Source of the DNA: Methanobacteriota archaeon | GTDB taxonomy: Archaea > Thermoplasmatota > Thermoplasmata > RBG-16-68-12 | Direction: 5' to 3' | Assembly (NCBI GenBank): GCA_005878485.1 | Contig: VBMG01000040.1 | Location: 1 to 50,975, forward strand | Length of the DNA: 50,975 bases | Shown: piece by piece, positions 26,001 to 32,270 of the stretch | Position numbering within the stretch: the stretch's first letter is position 1 | Layout: every line of letters begins with the position of its first letter | Translations under genes and position numbers: made by a program | The notes under the pieces: generated by a model | Database searches by the model: none | What the model was told of the DNA's origin: nothing | The model's input: only the letters and a program-made list of their open reading frames with translations

Positions 26001-28594
26001 GGCAAGGAACCCTCGAGTCCGAACAGGCGCTACTGAAACAACAGCGGGAGACGTTTGAGGAGGAGGCCTCGACCATGCGGACTGCCTGGGCAGATCGGGT
26101 CATGCGAATCGAGGCCCAAGAGGTCGACCTCGAGGAACGAGAAGAGCGAGTCCGTGGGGACACCGATCGGATTGCCCGGACCGAGGAGGAGCTTAAGCGC
26201 CGCGAAACGGCCGCGGAGGGGGCCGCCCAGGTCGCCTCCCAGATGAAAGAGGAGGCGGAACGAATCCGACGCGAGAGCGAGCAGCGGCTCCTGGAAGTCG
26301 AGTCGAGAGAGCGGGCCCTCCGGGAGGAGGCCGCGCATCACGCGATCGAGCTCACGAAGGAGACGGAACGGTTGAACGCAATCGAAAGCGACCTTGCCGG
26401 GAAACGGTCCGAGTTCGAGCAACTGCATACTGCCCGTACCGCCGAGCTCCGCCAGACGGAAACGGAGCTCGAGAAGAACGCCCAAGCGCTCGATGCGAAC
26501 GGGCGTGAGCTCGCCGAGCGAGAGAGCCGGCTCGTTGCAAGGGAGGAAACAGTACGGCAATCCGAGCTCCGACTTCAGAGGGAACACGAGGACGTCCAAG
26601 CCGGAGCGAAGCAACTCGAATCGCGGGAGCTCGAGCTTACGCAGTTGAAGGACCGATACGACTCCGAAGCCGCGCAAATCCGCAACGAGCTCGAGGGCAT
26701 GCGCCAGTCGGTCGCGGCCAAGGAGACGGAACTCCGCGCGGAGCGAGAACGGATCGAACGGGACTCGTCCGCGCTTCAAGAGACCCTTGGTGCGAAGGCG
26801 AAGGAAATGGCGCTGCGGGAGAAAGCGCTCACCGCGCGAGAGGAAGAATCCCGGGCCGACGAGCAGGAGCTCGAGGCGCGAGGACGGGAGCTGGAGTCGA
26901 AAGAACGCCAGACGGAAGCGCGGACGACCGAACTCTCGGCCCAGGCGATGGCACTCATCCGACGGGAACAGGACCTCAACACGCGCGCGGCGCAAATTGA
27001 GCAGACGGTCCGCAGGGTCGAAACCGAAGCCGCAGAGAAGCGTCGGGAGTGGGAATCCGTCCAAGCGACCTTGCGATCGCAGCAGGCCCAACTGACCGCA
27101 ACGGCGGAGACTCGCGCGGCGGACTTGGCGAAACGAACCCAGGAAGTCGAGGGACGCGAAAGGACCCAACGGGCATGGTTCGCCCAGTTTGAGCTGGAGC
27201 GGTCCAAAGTCGACGCGCAGGCGAAGGCCGTCGCCGCCAAGTCGGCGGAGGCGGAGGCCGCATGGCAACGCTCCGAGGCGCGCCTCGCCGAGCTGAAGAC
27301 GAAGGAGAACGAGACCCTTCGTGCCCGTCAAGCGTTCGAATCGGAACGCTCTACCTGGGCCACCCGCCGAGCCGAAGAGCTGAAACAGCTTGAAGCCACG
27401 CGGGATGCGGCCGGGCAGCAGGCACAGCAGGCCGAACGGCTGGTTTCCGAATCTCAACGCCGCGCGCTAATCGCCGAGGAGGCGGAACGAGCCGCGAAGC
27501 GACAGGCGGCGGATCTCGCGACGCAACAGACTTCCCTTGAGAAACGCCGGTCGGAAGCCGAAAAGGCGGAGCACGATGCGCAGGCGCACATCGCCCAGCT
27601 TCAAGAGGCTTCGCGCAACTTGGCCATGAAAGAAATGAACATCGCGGCAGCGACCAAGGATCTCGAGGCACGGCAGTCGCGGATCTCCGCGTCGGAGCGG
27701 GAAGTCGCGAGCCGCGAGGCGGACCTCCGTTCGAAGAAGACGTCGGTGGATCAGGATGCAGCGCGCGTCGCCGCCCTATCCGAACAGCTCGCGACGCGAC
27801 AGCGAGACTTGGAATCTCGGACGGCGAGCCAGGAGGCGAAGTCCGCGCAGATGTCAAGCAAAGAACAGACGCTCGCGACCGAGCTCCAGCGAGCGGACAA
27901 CTTGATGGAGGACCTCGATAAGAAGGAGCGGGAGATTCGGGCCCGCGATGAGGCCTTGAAGGCATCCGAGGCGACCTTGACGGCTCGAGAAAGCGAAGTC
28001 ACCGCTCGGGACGCCGAGCTTCGGGACGGCACCCGGGGCCTCGAAAAACTTCGCCAGGAGTTGAACGGCCAGCGAGCAGCGACGGAAGAGGCCCGCCGGG
28101 TCGCGGACACGACGCGCGAGGAATCGGAAGTGATGAAACGCGACGCGGAAAAGCTCCGGGCCCAAGCCGGTGCGATGCAGGCGGAGGTCGCCACAAACCT
28201 GCGATTCCTCCAGAAAAAGGCCCTCGACGTGCTCGATCAAGAGGAGAAGATCCGGGATCGTCTCACGCGTATCGAGGAACGAGAGAGGTCTCTGGACGCG
28301 CGGGCGGAAATCCTCGAAGGGAAGGAGCGGACCCTGACGGATGACCAGGCCGATCTCGACGCGAAGACGGCGAAACTGCAGGCGGAGATTGACCGGCTCC
28401 AAGGCCGCCTGGCGGATGCCGAGAAAGCCGGCGGCCCATCCACGGCCGCGATGGAAGAGTGGAAGAAAGATGTCGAGAACCGCGTGAAAATCATCCAGAA
28501 GAAAGCGATGGACCTGCTGGACCGCGAGGAGAAGCTTCGCAAGAAGGAGGAAGAGCTCCGCGCCCTCGCGGAGCAGCTTGGCGCGAGCCGCTGA
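17048..28594 (+). CDS. Giant (3848 aa) single-pass membrane protein: signal peptide, ~2300-aa repetitive extracellular region, TM, conserved cytoplasmic module, ~1400-aa coiled coil
   Basis: Uninterrupted 11.5-kb ORF. Signal peptide MRPATALLLVFVLIATAGLAVA. Seven modules marked by G-WT(V)-G-WTNASTSASW...GTSTVTF, with many N-x-S/T sequons. TM at about 24030-24092 (YVLAVPPIGVFLVVAMFA) followed by RARWR. KAFLVDERGRMLREFTLDPSC module. Continuous E/R/A/L/Q heptad-like sequence runs to the C-terminus, with the twin motif FLQKKALDVLDQEEKIRDR and RVKIIQKKAMDLLDREEKLRKK. Confidence 0.85.
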   Translation: MRPATALLLVFVLIATAGLAVAEQKLLDPFAAFRGPDGSLHIPGSALTNNLLRALFGPRPDPNAPIRLAERVPSPYPTLAIRIVEMEFPQQPSFRFVLRIQDIIGSVNHGLSAAANAITAIGRAAIAAFFNFLTSDAAAAVNVDTTTVADVFPAATTCTTSQSATAADNGVLVMLSERGTTTFASVTYGSTSLTLVAGTAANGGTVVRTEIWGFTGTLPGGLQTMTATLSGGQTAKMSCATILLQGVSPTGSFIRGTNNAANSTNASVTLLGTVAVGNLAFAVAVLQQTNGGAQPTAVTGTGATATDLYGVAVGHCTTGASAASNECAAGSDIPNPGTAITWTNAATQWVVSAVEVVAAPPCGNGSGLCYRIGNGGAWNSASNWSNSSGGAPCSCTPAATDVAVFNANPTGTVTLAAATTIGGIDMTGFTGTLDTTAANSWALTVNGNFLVQGTFLAENSAVSVSGNVGIVSAGTIVNLGGSTWTVNGTWTNASTSSSWVAGTSTVTIADAGNATLTFAALTGGTNEFNNMTLDSIAIGGAVYTMAINAVRIGAVLTVRNSTAGATGPTILDTSGSNLAVTAGSLALSLLGSVSANGSTVTINGNVTVGAAGAYSTMGTSVWTVTGTWTNASTSASWSAGTSTVTFTSATGGTMTFAGSNLAGSEFYNVAFASSAASAQTFTMSTRGLNWGGTLTVSDASSSTQLATANLSLTGGGLVIGNGGILTANASSASVSSVSMTGGTSGTITLTTGTVTDSGNWDTSGAGSVFTKGTSTVTMTGVSNIAVRNASNNFNNLTISTAGAVTQTGLVDVSGTLGVNAGATLATGTQTLTVGVLAANMAGGITAGPSGTKTIGGNVSIAAAGFFNFGGATWNFSGAWTNASTSASWAPGTGNVVFRDAASQTMTFKASGTEFPNLTLDTTAVAGITYTMATNPLNSGGTLTIQNSVVGPTGNTILTTGASGLGITAAGITIGINGTLTASSSTITDNGNWTSTATNATLNKGTSTVIFGAMGTITLAAGQSFNNMTQGAGTSTLGAALTVTGLLTVNGTLSTSASNFALTAQGGLTVGGSVVAGTSTVAVTGSVNISVAAGFITSSAVGSWTVTNGNWTNASTSASWNFAAPITFTSSVARTMTFAGANLSGNEFAGTVTFDSSVAAGVTYTMASRGLVLGGSVLIRNTAGGATGYTVLDSSPSNLSLTVGSLSLASFGAINTRLSTVAVGGSVTMGAPNTYVTNAGGSWTVSGPWTNASTSASWSFAAPIMFNSSASQTMTFASLTQEFTGNVTFNSGAATVTYTMASNALTTGGTLTVSGGAGTTTLSTSSSNLPISAVALNVGAGGSLAANGSLITVTSVDTHLGTFAVGTSTVVIGASGGTVNVPQTLYNLTVNSGINTTFVSNLAWSAILTLTGAVPTLNGNLSSVGPATLTMTSSTTSIAGSWNTSSTVALASTGSSVTFTGAAQTITLGVSQQFNSLTIAGSISVASNLTATSLTVNVGSTLTKTGHTIVFNSLTVNGTIADGSVNVSNLTVTNSDGTALVTISVFSGWTTGSSYAWTHTSNEASQTITWTIGGNVVGNQFNVTKNGSPFASGTVSGSGQVVFTMLGSDPTMQVSLGAPCAANRYWVQGNGNWNDTNHWSGFSGGGFGCSVPGSSNAVFFDGSSGSATVTINANASMASLNTTGFSGTIAIGVYDVSIGGNVIQAGGTITIGASNGNGLAVNGSLTLSGTASIQMSGASNGSVSGNVTISSPTAFIAFGSGTWTVIGSWSNSSSSNSWAAGTGTVVFAAGSPQVMTFGNLTISEFYDIQIRPPAATTFTMATNGLQWSGTLTLSSNATLVTANLALTGGNLIVGNGAALTAGTSAVGVANVAMTGGTSGTITASGSWTVSGNWDTSGAGSAFVGTSATVLLTGNGVTVRILDAANGFGTLTITGSVSAASAIVVAALLTVNGTFDTTAANYALTMGGGLTLGGANATLRTQASNVSITGNVTVANASGVIGSASGGSWIVSGSWTNASSSASWSFSAPITFNSSSARSMMFAALPSGNAEFVDVTFDGGASTVTYTMAANTLVWSGTLRVQGGSGTTTLVTANLGLAGGSLTIGNAGILMASGSPVIVSNVTVTGGSSGVIIVTSGSWTVLGNWDSSGVGSILTAGTSTMTFAGTSKTISLAPVQAFNRVTIAGTTSMSSTLTAATLTVNSGAILTKTGHGIVFNALTVNGTIADGSVNVSNLTVTNSDGTALVTISLFSGWSTGSSYAWTHTSSETTQTITWTIGGNTAGNLFNATKDGSSFASGAVNGSGQVVFTMLGSDPDMKVTVTPPPIPAWWQSPYVLAVPPIGVFLVVAMFAQRARWRPAKAFLVDERGRMLREFTLDPSCQVTYDQAVGAGVLDAVEKPIKVAKYHGQTVRGDALAVVLLAYGPVTAEQVGFAREMLVQVQDKFEDAVKQRLEEVRSQEATLQAEAKSVEERQHALEIRASEIESTMKQIEAAQLNVASDKAGLEATEGDLKRREAELAESRRSTDELARQLEEKQKSLETRAVEIAAQSDAVDARTEAIRAREETATALDAELRRRNEAVTSQETSLKNEADRVAAQDSSVRARLEEAERREAGVRDGETAFAANREKFEADQKELMEFKRSIENRVAEVDAAEQSLANREKTLDAREARITPVEADLTRREGATTQLEEDLAGRKVLMQAARKEIAERSTDLETREAALARGTEQVETARRSLETERRTIEEVQQQARQAFEAAQSLEAATLARSKDLDLRETRIAPAERQLDERTKELDARQADLASRDEQLAARAQSLDTATQELGARDQSLQEDQVVLGEARAAFEADRRELQDEVARHESEVRRRKADLDAQAKTLGEDQLRMAQDREAFDASQAEKNQAILSREIELEAREQSLREKEGAVRGQAEENARRLTELAAREESLEIEGAKLDKARAELDARKVGLADVAKELDGKAARLREEEAKRAEELRTWQGTLESEQALLKQQRETFEEEASTMRTAWADRVMRIEAQEVDLEEREERVRGDTDRIARTEEELKRRETAAEGAAQVASQMKEEAERIRRESEQRLLEVESRERALREEAAHHAIELTKETERLNAIESDLAGKRSEFEQLHTARTAELRQTETELEKNAQALDANGRELAERESRLVAREETVRQSELRLQREHEDVQAGAKQLESRELELTQLKDRYDSEAAQIRNELEGMRQSVAAKETELRAERERIERDSSALQETLGAKAKEMALREKALTAREEESRADEQELEARGRELESKERQTEARTTELSAQAMALIRREQDLNTRAAQIEQTVRRVETEAAEKRREWESVQATLRSQQAQLTATAETRAADLAKRTQEVEGRERTQRAWFAQFELERSKVDAQAKAVAAKSAEAEAAWQRSEARLAELKTKENETLRARQAFESERSTWATRRAEELKQLEATRDAAGQQAQQAERLVSESQRRALIAEEAERAAKRQAADLATQQTSLEKRRSEAEKAEHDAQAHIAQLQEASRNLAMKEMNIAAATKDLEARQSRISASEREVASREADLRSKKTSVDQDAARVAALSEQLATRQRDLESRTASQEAKSAQMSSKEQTLATELQRADNLMEDLDKKEREIRARDEALKASEATLTARESEVTARDAELRDGTRGLEKLRQELNGQRAATEEARRVADTTREESEVMKRDAEKLRAQAGAMQAEVATNLRFLQKKALDVLDQEEKIRDRLTRIEERERSLDARAEILEGKERTLTDDQADLDAKTAKLQAEIDRLQGRLADAEKAGGPSTAAMEEWKKDVENRVKIIQKKAMDLLDREEKLRKKEEELRALAEQLGASR
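21413..21886 (+). repeat. Copy 1 of an intragenic 474-bp duplicated segment
   Basis: Encodes ...LTKTGHTIVFNSLTVNGTIADGSVNVSNLTVTNSDGTALVTISVFSGW...VVFTMLGSDPTMQV. Long identical nucleotide runs are shared with 23522..23995, offset exactly 2109 bp (703 codons). Confidence 0.85.
23522..23995 (+). repeat. Copy 2 of the intragenic duplicated segment
   Basis: Encodes ...LTKTGHGIVFNALTVNGTIADGSVNVSNLTVTNSDGTALVTISLFSGW...VVFTMLGSDPDMKV, immediately before the TM segment. Confidence 0.85.
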
Positions 28595-28638
28595 CGATCC
28601 CAACTGCGGTTCGTCTGAACCCGGCGGCGTCCCGAACG

Positions 28639-29823
28639 TTATCGCGAGGCTTGGCGAATCGCGCGGTCGAAGTCCTCAATGAGGTCTTCCGGATCTTCGA
28701 GGCCGACACTCACCCGCACGAGACCTTCGGTGACCCCACCCGTCCGGCGCTCGTCCTCCGTGAGCGGGCCGTGCGTCATCGAAGCGGGATGTTGCACGAG
28801 TGTCTCGGTCCCACCGAGGCTGACGGCGAGCGTCGCGACCTCGACGGACTCCACGAACCGCCGGCCTGCACGGAGACCTCCTTTCAACTCGAAGCTGAGC
28901 ATCGCGCCGAACCCCGACATTTGCTTCCGTGCGAGCGCGTGCTGCGGGAAGGACGGCAAGCCCGGGTAATGGACGACGCGGACGGCGGCTCGCTGAGACT
29001 CCAAGAACTCGGCGAGAGCTTGGGCGGTCGCGCCTTGGGCCTGCATCCGGAGAGGGAGCGTCTTGAGCCCCCTCCGGACGAGGAACGCTTCGAAGGGCCC
29101 GAGCGCCGGCCCCAACATCTTGTAGGTGAACCAGATGCGGTCGAACAACTGCTTCTTCGCTGTGACGACGGCACCCGCGACGACGTCGCTGTGGCCTCCC
29201 AGATACTTCGTCGCACTGTGGAGCACGCCGTCGACCCCGAGCGCGAGAGGACGCTGGTTGATCGGCGACGCAAACGTGTTGTCCGCGAGGGTCGTCGCCC
29301 CCACGGCCTTTGCGGCGTCCACCGCCTCCTGGACGTCCGTGATCATCATCGTCGGATTCGCGGGCGTCTCGATGTACACCAAGCGGGTCTCGGGTCGGAC
29401 CGCCTCTTTCCAGGCCCCGGGTTGACGCGGATCCACGAACGACGTGGCCACGCCGAAGCGCGGCAGGAGGCGCGTGAAAATCTCCGTGGTCGCGGTGTAC
29501 AAGCTCGCTCCGGCGACGACGTGATTGCCGGCGTCCACGGACGCGAGAATCGCGGAGGCAATCGCGCCCATCCCGGAACCCGTGACGAGGGCGCGGTGAC
29601 CACCCTCCAGGTCCGCAAGCGCATCTTCGAGGTCGCGGAGCGTCGGGTTCCCCCATCGGGTGTAATACGCTTCGGGCGCCGTTGCGACGGCAAACTCGGC
29701 GCCTTGGCGTGCCGATTCCAACTCCCACGTCGAACTCGCGTAGATCGGCGTGACAATCGGACCGTGGCCTTTCGGACGCCGGCCGTGAACGGCGCGGGTC
29801 CGGGTCCCGAGTCGCTTCGCCAC
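28639..29823 (-). CDS. PLP-dependent Cys/Met metabolism enzyme (cystathionine gamma-synthase/lyase or O-acetylhomoserine sulfhydrylase family)
   Basis: PIYASSTW, GSGMGAI and the PLP-lysine context HSATKYLGGHSD are present. In-frame GTG 29823 lies 32 nt downstream of a GCTATTT box. The track ORF to 30189 adds a non-homologous extension. Confidence 0.85.
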   Translation of the reverse strand: MAKRLGTRTRAVHGRRPKGHGPIVTPIYASSTWELESARQGAEFAVATAPEAYYTRWGNPTLRDLEDALADLEGGHRALVTGSGMGAIASAILASVDAGNHVVAGASLYTATTEIFTRLLPRFGVATSFVDPRQPGAWKEAVRPETRLVYIETPANPTMMITDVQEAVDAAKAVGATTLADNTFASPINQRPLALGVDGVLHSATKYLGGHSDVVAGAVVTAKKQLFDRIWFTYKMLGPALGPFEAFLVRRGLKTLPLRMQAQGATAQALAEFLESQRAAVRVVHYPGLPSFPQHALARKQMSGFGAMLSFELKGGLRAGRRFVESVEVATLAVSLGGTETLVQHPASMTHGPLTEDERRTGGVTEGLVRVSVGLEDPEDLIEDFDRAIRQASR

Positions 29824-30012
29824 ACGGTCGGTCAGGCGGGGTTGGTCGAAATAGCTTTCGAAGAATCTGTGGGAATCATATTCCCAAAGCGGCGAACTGA
29901 GAGTCCGTGCGCGACGGACGCAGTAATACCGGAAAGGTAAAAAAGGGAGGGCGTATACGAGCGTTGCCTGGCTCCGCGACGAGGGCCAGGCGGACACACG
30001 GGAGGCGACACA

Positions 30013-30438
30013 ATGTCGCGTGAAGTGGACTTCAACGCAAAACCGATCGATCCCGATTTCATGAACAAACCGGATGAATATCCGGAAACGGGAACCCACT
30101 TCGATCACAAGGTCTTCGCCGAGGGCATGGAGCGGCTGGATGCCAGCGGGAACCCGTATCCAACGAAACTCGGGATCCACGGTCTCCATGTGGCCGTAGA
30201 CTTCGACGGGTGCGTCGCCGACGGCGTCTGCATGGACGTCTGCCCGGTGGACGTCTTCGAGTGGCTTCTCGCCCCCGGAAAGAAAGGCACGGGGAACGAC
30301 AAGATCATCGAGAAAGGCGGCGAGGAGTGGGATAAGTATCGATGTGACAAGTCCGACATGATCCGGGAGTCGGACTGCATCGACTGCATGGCGTGCGAAA
30401 CCGCCTGCCCGACGAAGGTCATCAAGATCAACCCGTAG
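30013..30438 (+). CDS. Zinc-containing 7Fe (3Fe-4S + 4Fe-4S) ferredoxin, Sulfolobus/Thermoplasma type, with extra N-terminal extension
   Basis: CVADGVCMDVCP (Cys-x2-Asp-x2-Cys-x3-Cys-Pro) and CIDCMACETACP. The N-terminal HFDHKVF and LGIHG histidines match my recollection of the zinc-ligand positions in Sulfolobus ferredoxin. GGGAGG lies upstream of the ATG. TAG stop. Confidence 0.85.
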   Translation: MSREVDFNAKPIDPDFMNKPDEYPETGTHFDHKVFAEGMERLDASGNPYPTKLGIHGLHVAVDFDGCVADGVCMDVCPVDVFEWLLAPGKKGTGNDKIIEKGGEEWDKYRCDKSDMIRESDCIDCMACETACPTKVIKINP

Positions 30439-30543
30439 CGCGCGGCCGAGTCGACCGCGAAGCGTGGCGCAGTGAATCGCGGTCGATTTTGCCCAAGGAA
30501 TTATCTATAACAGCGTTATACAAGAATCGAAACGGGTGCCGCG

Positions 30544-31320
30544 TTGACCGATGTGCTCTACGCCGGGTTTCTCGGCCTCGTCGCGGGACTGGTGCCGGTC
30601 TACATCGGCCTCGCGCCGCTTTGGATCTTCAAGCGCTTGTCTCTCGGATGGAGGACGGCGCTCGTTAGTTTCTCCGCCGGGATCCTTCTGTTCCTGCTCG
30701 CCGATGTCACCCACGAGGGCGTGGAACTCTCCCAAGAGGTTGGGAGCACGCCGGCACTGTTTGCCGTCGGGCTTGCACTGGGCCTCCTGGGCCCGGTTGC
30801 AATCAGCCACGTAAGGCGCCGGAAGTTGACGGTCCCGAACCAAGACCCGCTGGCAGGTGAGGTCTTGCCACCCATCGCAAGTGCGAAACTATTCACCGCG
30901 CAGATGATCGCCCTTGGGATCGGGCTCCACAACCTTGGCGAAGGACTCGCAATCGGAGCGGCGTATGCAGGCGGGGTGTTCGGCCTCACGAACCTGCTCG
31001 TGATCGGGTTTGCTCTCCACAACTCAACAGAGGGGATGGGGATCTCGGGTCCCATGGCCGCGTCAAAGACGGGCGTGAGGCAGCCCCTCATCCTGGGATT
31101 CGTCGCGGGCTCCCCGACAATCCTCGGGAGCGTGATCGGGTCTCAAGCCTACTCTCCCGCGCTCGGGACGTTGTTCTTCGCGGTCGCTGCAGGCGCCCTG
31201 CTGTACGTCATCATCGAGCTCATCAGAGTGACGTCCTCGCCAGAATGGAGTAAGACCACTTTCGTCGGAATCCTCGTCGGAGTCCTTCTCATGTTCGCCA
31301 CAGGCTTGTTGGTCCGTTGA
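30544..31320 (+). CDS. ZIP family divalent-metal (zinc) transporter
   Basis: Multi-TM protein with the paired ZIP signatures GIGLHNLGEGLAIG and GFALHNSTEGMGI. TTG start at 30544 (GTG at 30553 also possible). Confidence 0.85.
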   Translation: MTDVLYAGFLGLVAGLVPVYIGLAPLWIFKRLSLGWRTALVSFSAGILLFLLADVTHEGVELSQEVGSTPALFAVGLALGLLGPVAISHVRRRKLTVPNQDPLAGEVLPPIASAKLFTAQMIALGIGLHNLGEGLAIGAAYAGGVFGLTNLLVIGFALHNSTEGMGISGPMAASKTGVRQPLILGFVAGSPTILGSVIGSQAYSPALGTLFFAVAAGALLYVIIELIRVTSSPEWSKTTFVGILVGVLLMFATGLLVR

Positions 31321-31392
31321 CTCGGGCTGCGGGCGGTCATGTCCGTTCGGCGACTCGGGATCGACAAACAACCATCGGGTGCGAGAACAGGA

Positions 31393-32217
31393 TCAGAGAC
31401 CCTCGTTCATCGAGCCGCTGCGATACCCGCGAAGATCGATCGTCACGTAGACGAAACCGGCTTTGCGAACAGCTTCCACGACCTTCTCGGCGGTGGCGGC
31501 CTCGGTGATTCGAGGGAGATCCTCCCGCGGCACTTCGATGCGCGCGATGCCTTCGTGCGCGCGGACTCGGACGATCCGGAAGCCGAGAGCACGAATCGCC
31601 TCTTCCGCCAGTTCGACGCGCCGCAACTTGTCCATAGTGATCATCTCCCCGTACGCGATTCGCGAAGACAGGCACGCATTGCTTGGCTTGTCGTGGAAAC
31701 TCAAGCCGAGTTCCCGGGCAAGGGATCGCACATCCGACTTCGTGAACCCGAACTCGACGAGGGGATGCCAGAAACCCGCTTCATTCATCGCCTGGATCCC
31801 CGGTCGGTGGTCCCCTAGGTCCGACACGTTCACGCCGTCCGCGATCACCATGAAGCCGCGTTGCGATGCAATCGGTTTCAACGCCGCGCCGAGTTCCGTA
31901 CGACAAAAGTAACATCGATTCGTCAGGTTGGAGACGTATCGATCGTTCGCGAGCTCCGAGACCCGGACGGTTTCCACGCGGATGCCGATTTCCGCGGCTT
32001 GCTCCAATGCTTCCTCAAGCTCGCGTCGGGCAAGCGATTCCGCATCCGCGATCACGGCGAGCGCGTCGTCGCCGAGGGCGTCGTGGGCAATTCGTGCGAC
32101 GAGGCCGCTGTCCACTCCGCCGGAATAGGCGACGAGGATCCGCCCCCGCTCCCGCATCGAGTTGACCATCCGATCGTAGGTTCGCGCGAGGTCCATCGCC
32201 CGGGTTTCAACCGCCAT
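31393..32217 (-). CDS. PP-loop ATP pyrophosphatase, LarE-like sulfur transferase family
   Basis: PP-loop AYSGGVDS and a conserved Cys context PSNACLSSRIAYG. Start set at ATG 32217 (MAVETR), 31 nt from the TTTATCC box on this strand. The track ORF extends to 32265, only 5 nt from thrC. Confidence 0.75.
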   Translation of the reverse strand: MAVETRAMDLARTYDRMVNSMRERGRILVAYSGGVDSGLVARIAHDALGDDALAVIADAESLARRELEEALEQAAEIGIRVETVRVSELANDRYVSNLTNRCYFCRTELGAALKPIASQRGFMVIADGVNVSDLGDHRPGIQAMNEAGFWHPLVEFGFTKSDVRSLARELGLSFHDKPSNACLSSRIAYGEMITMDKLRRVELAEEAIRALGFRIVRVRAHEGIARIEVPREDLPRITEAATAEKVVEAVRKAGFVYVTIDLRGYRSGSMNEGL

Positions 32218-32241
32218 CAATCGCATCGAATGCGCGGGCGC

Positions 32242-32250
32242 GGATAAAAC
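32242..32250. promoter_or_regulatory. Shared bidirectional TATA element (GGATAAAAC / GTTTTATCC) between the LarE-like gene and thrC
   Basis: The box is centred about 25-30 nt from ATG 32271 (plus) and ATG 32217 (minus). Both genes would be leaderless. Confidence 0.4.
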
Positions 32251-32270
32251 CATCGAGCACAACAAACCGT

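Noticed and set aside
24301-27965. Many minus-strand ORFs (24301..25260, 26030..27457, 27351..27965 and others) opposite the coiled-coil region
   Set aside because: The plus-strand GAG/CGN/GCN-rich coiled-coil coding sequence leaves the complementary frames almost stop-free. The products are S/R/L/P-rich and repetitive with no start-site support.
28459-29940. 493-aa plus-strand ORF opposite the Cys/Met PLP enzyme
   Set aside because: It is antisense to a gene with clear PLP-enzyme motifs, and its composition is R/E/G-rich.
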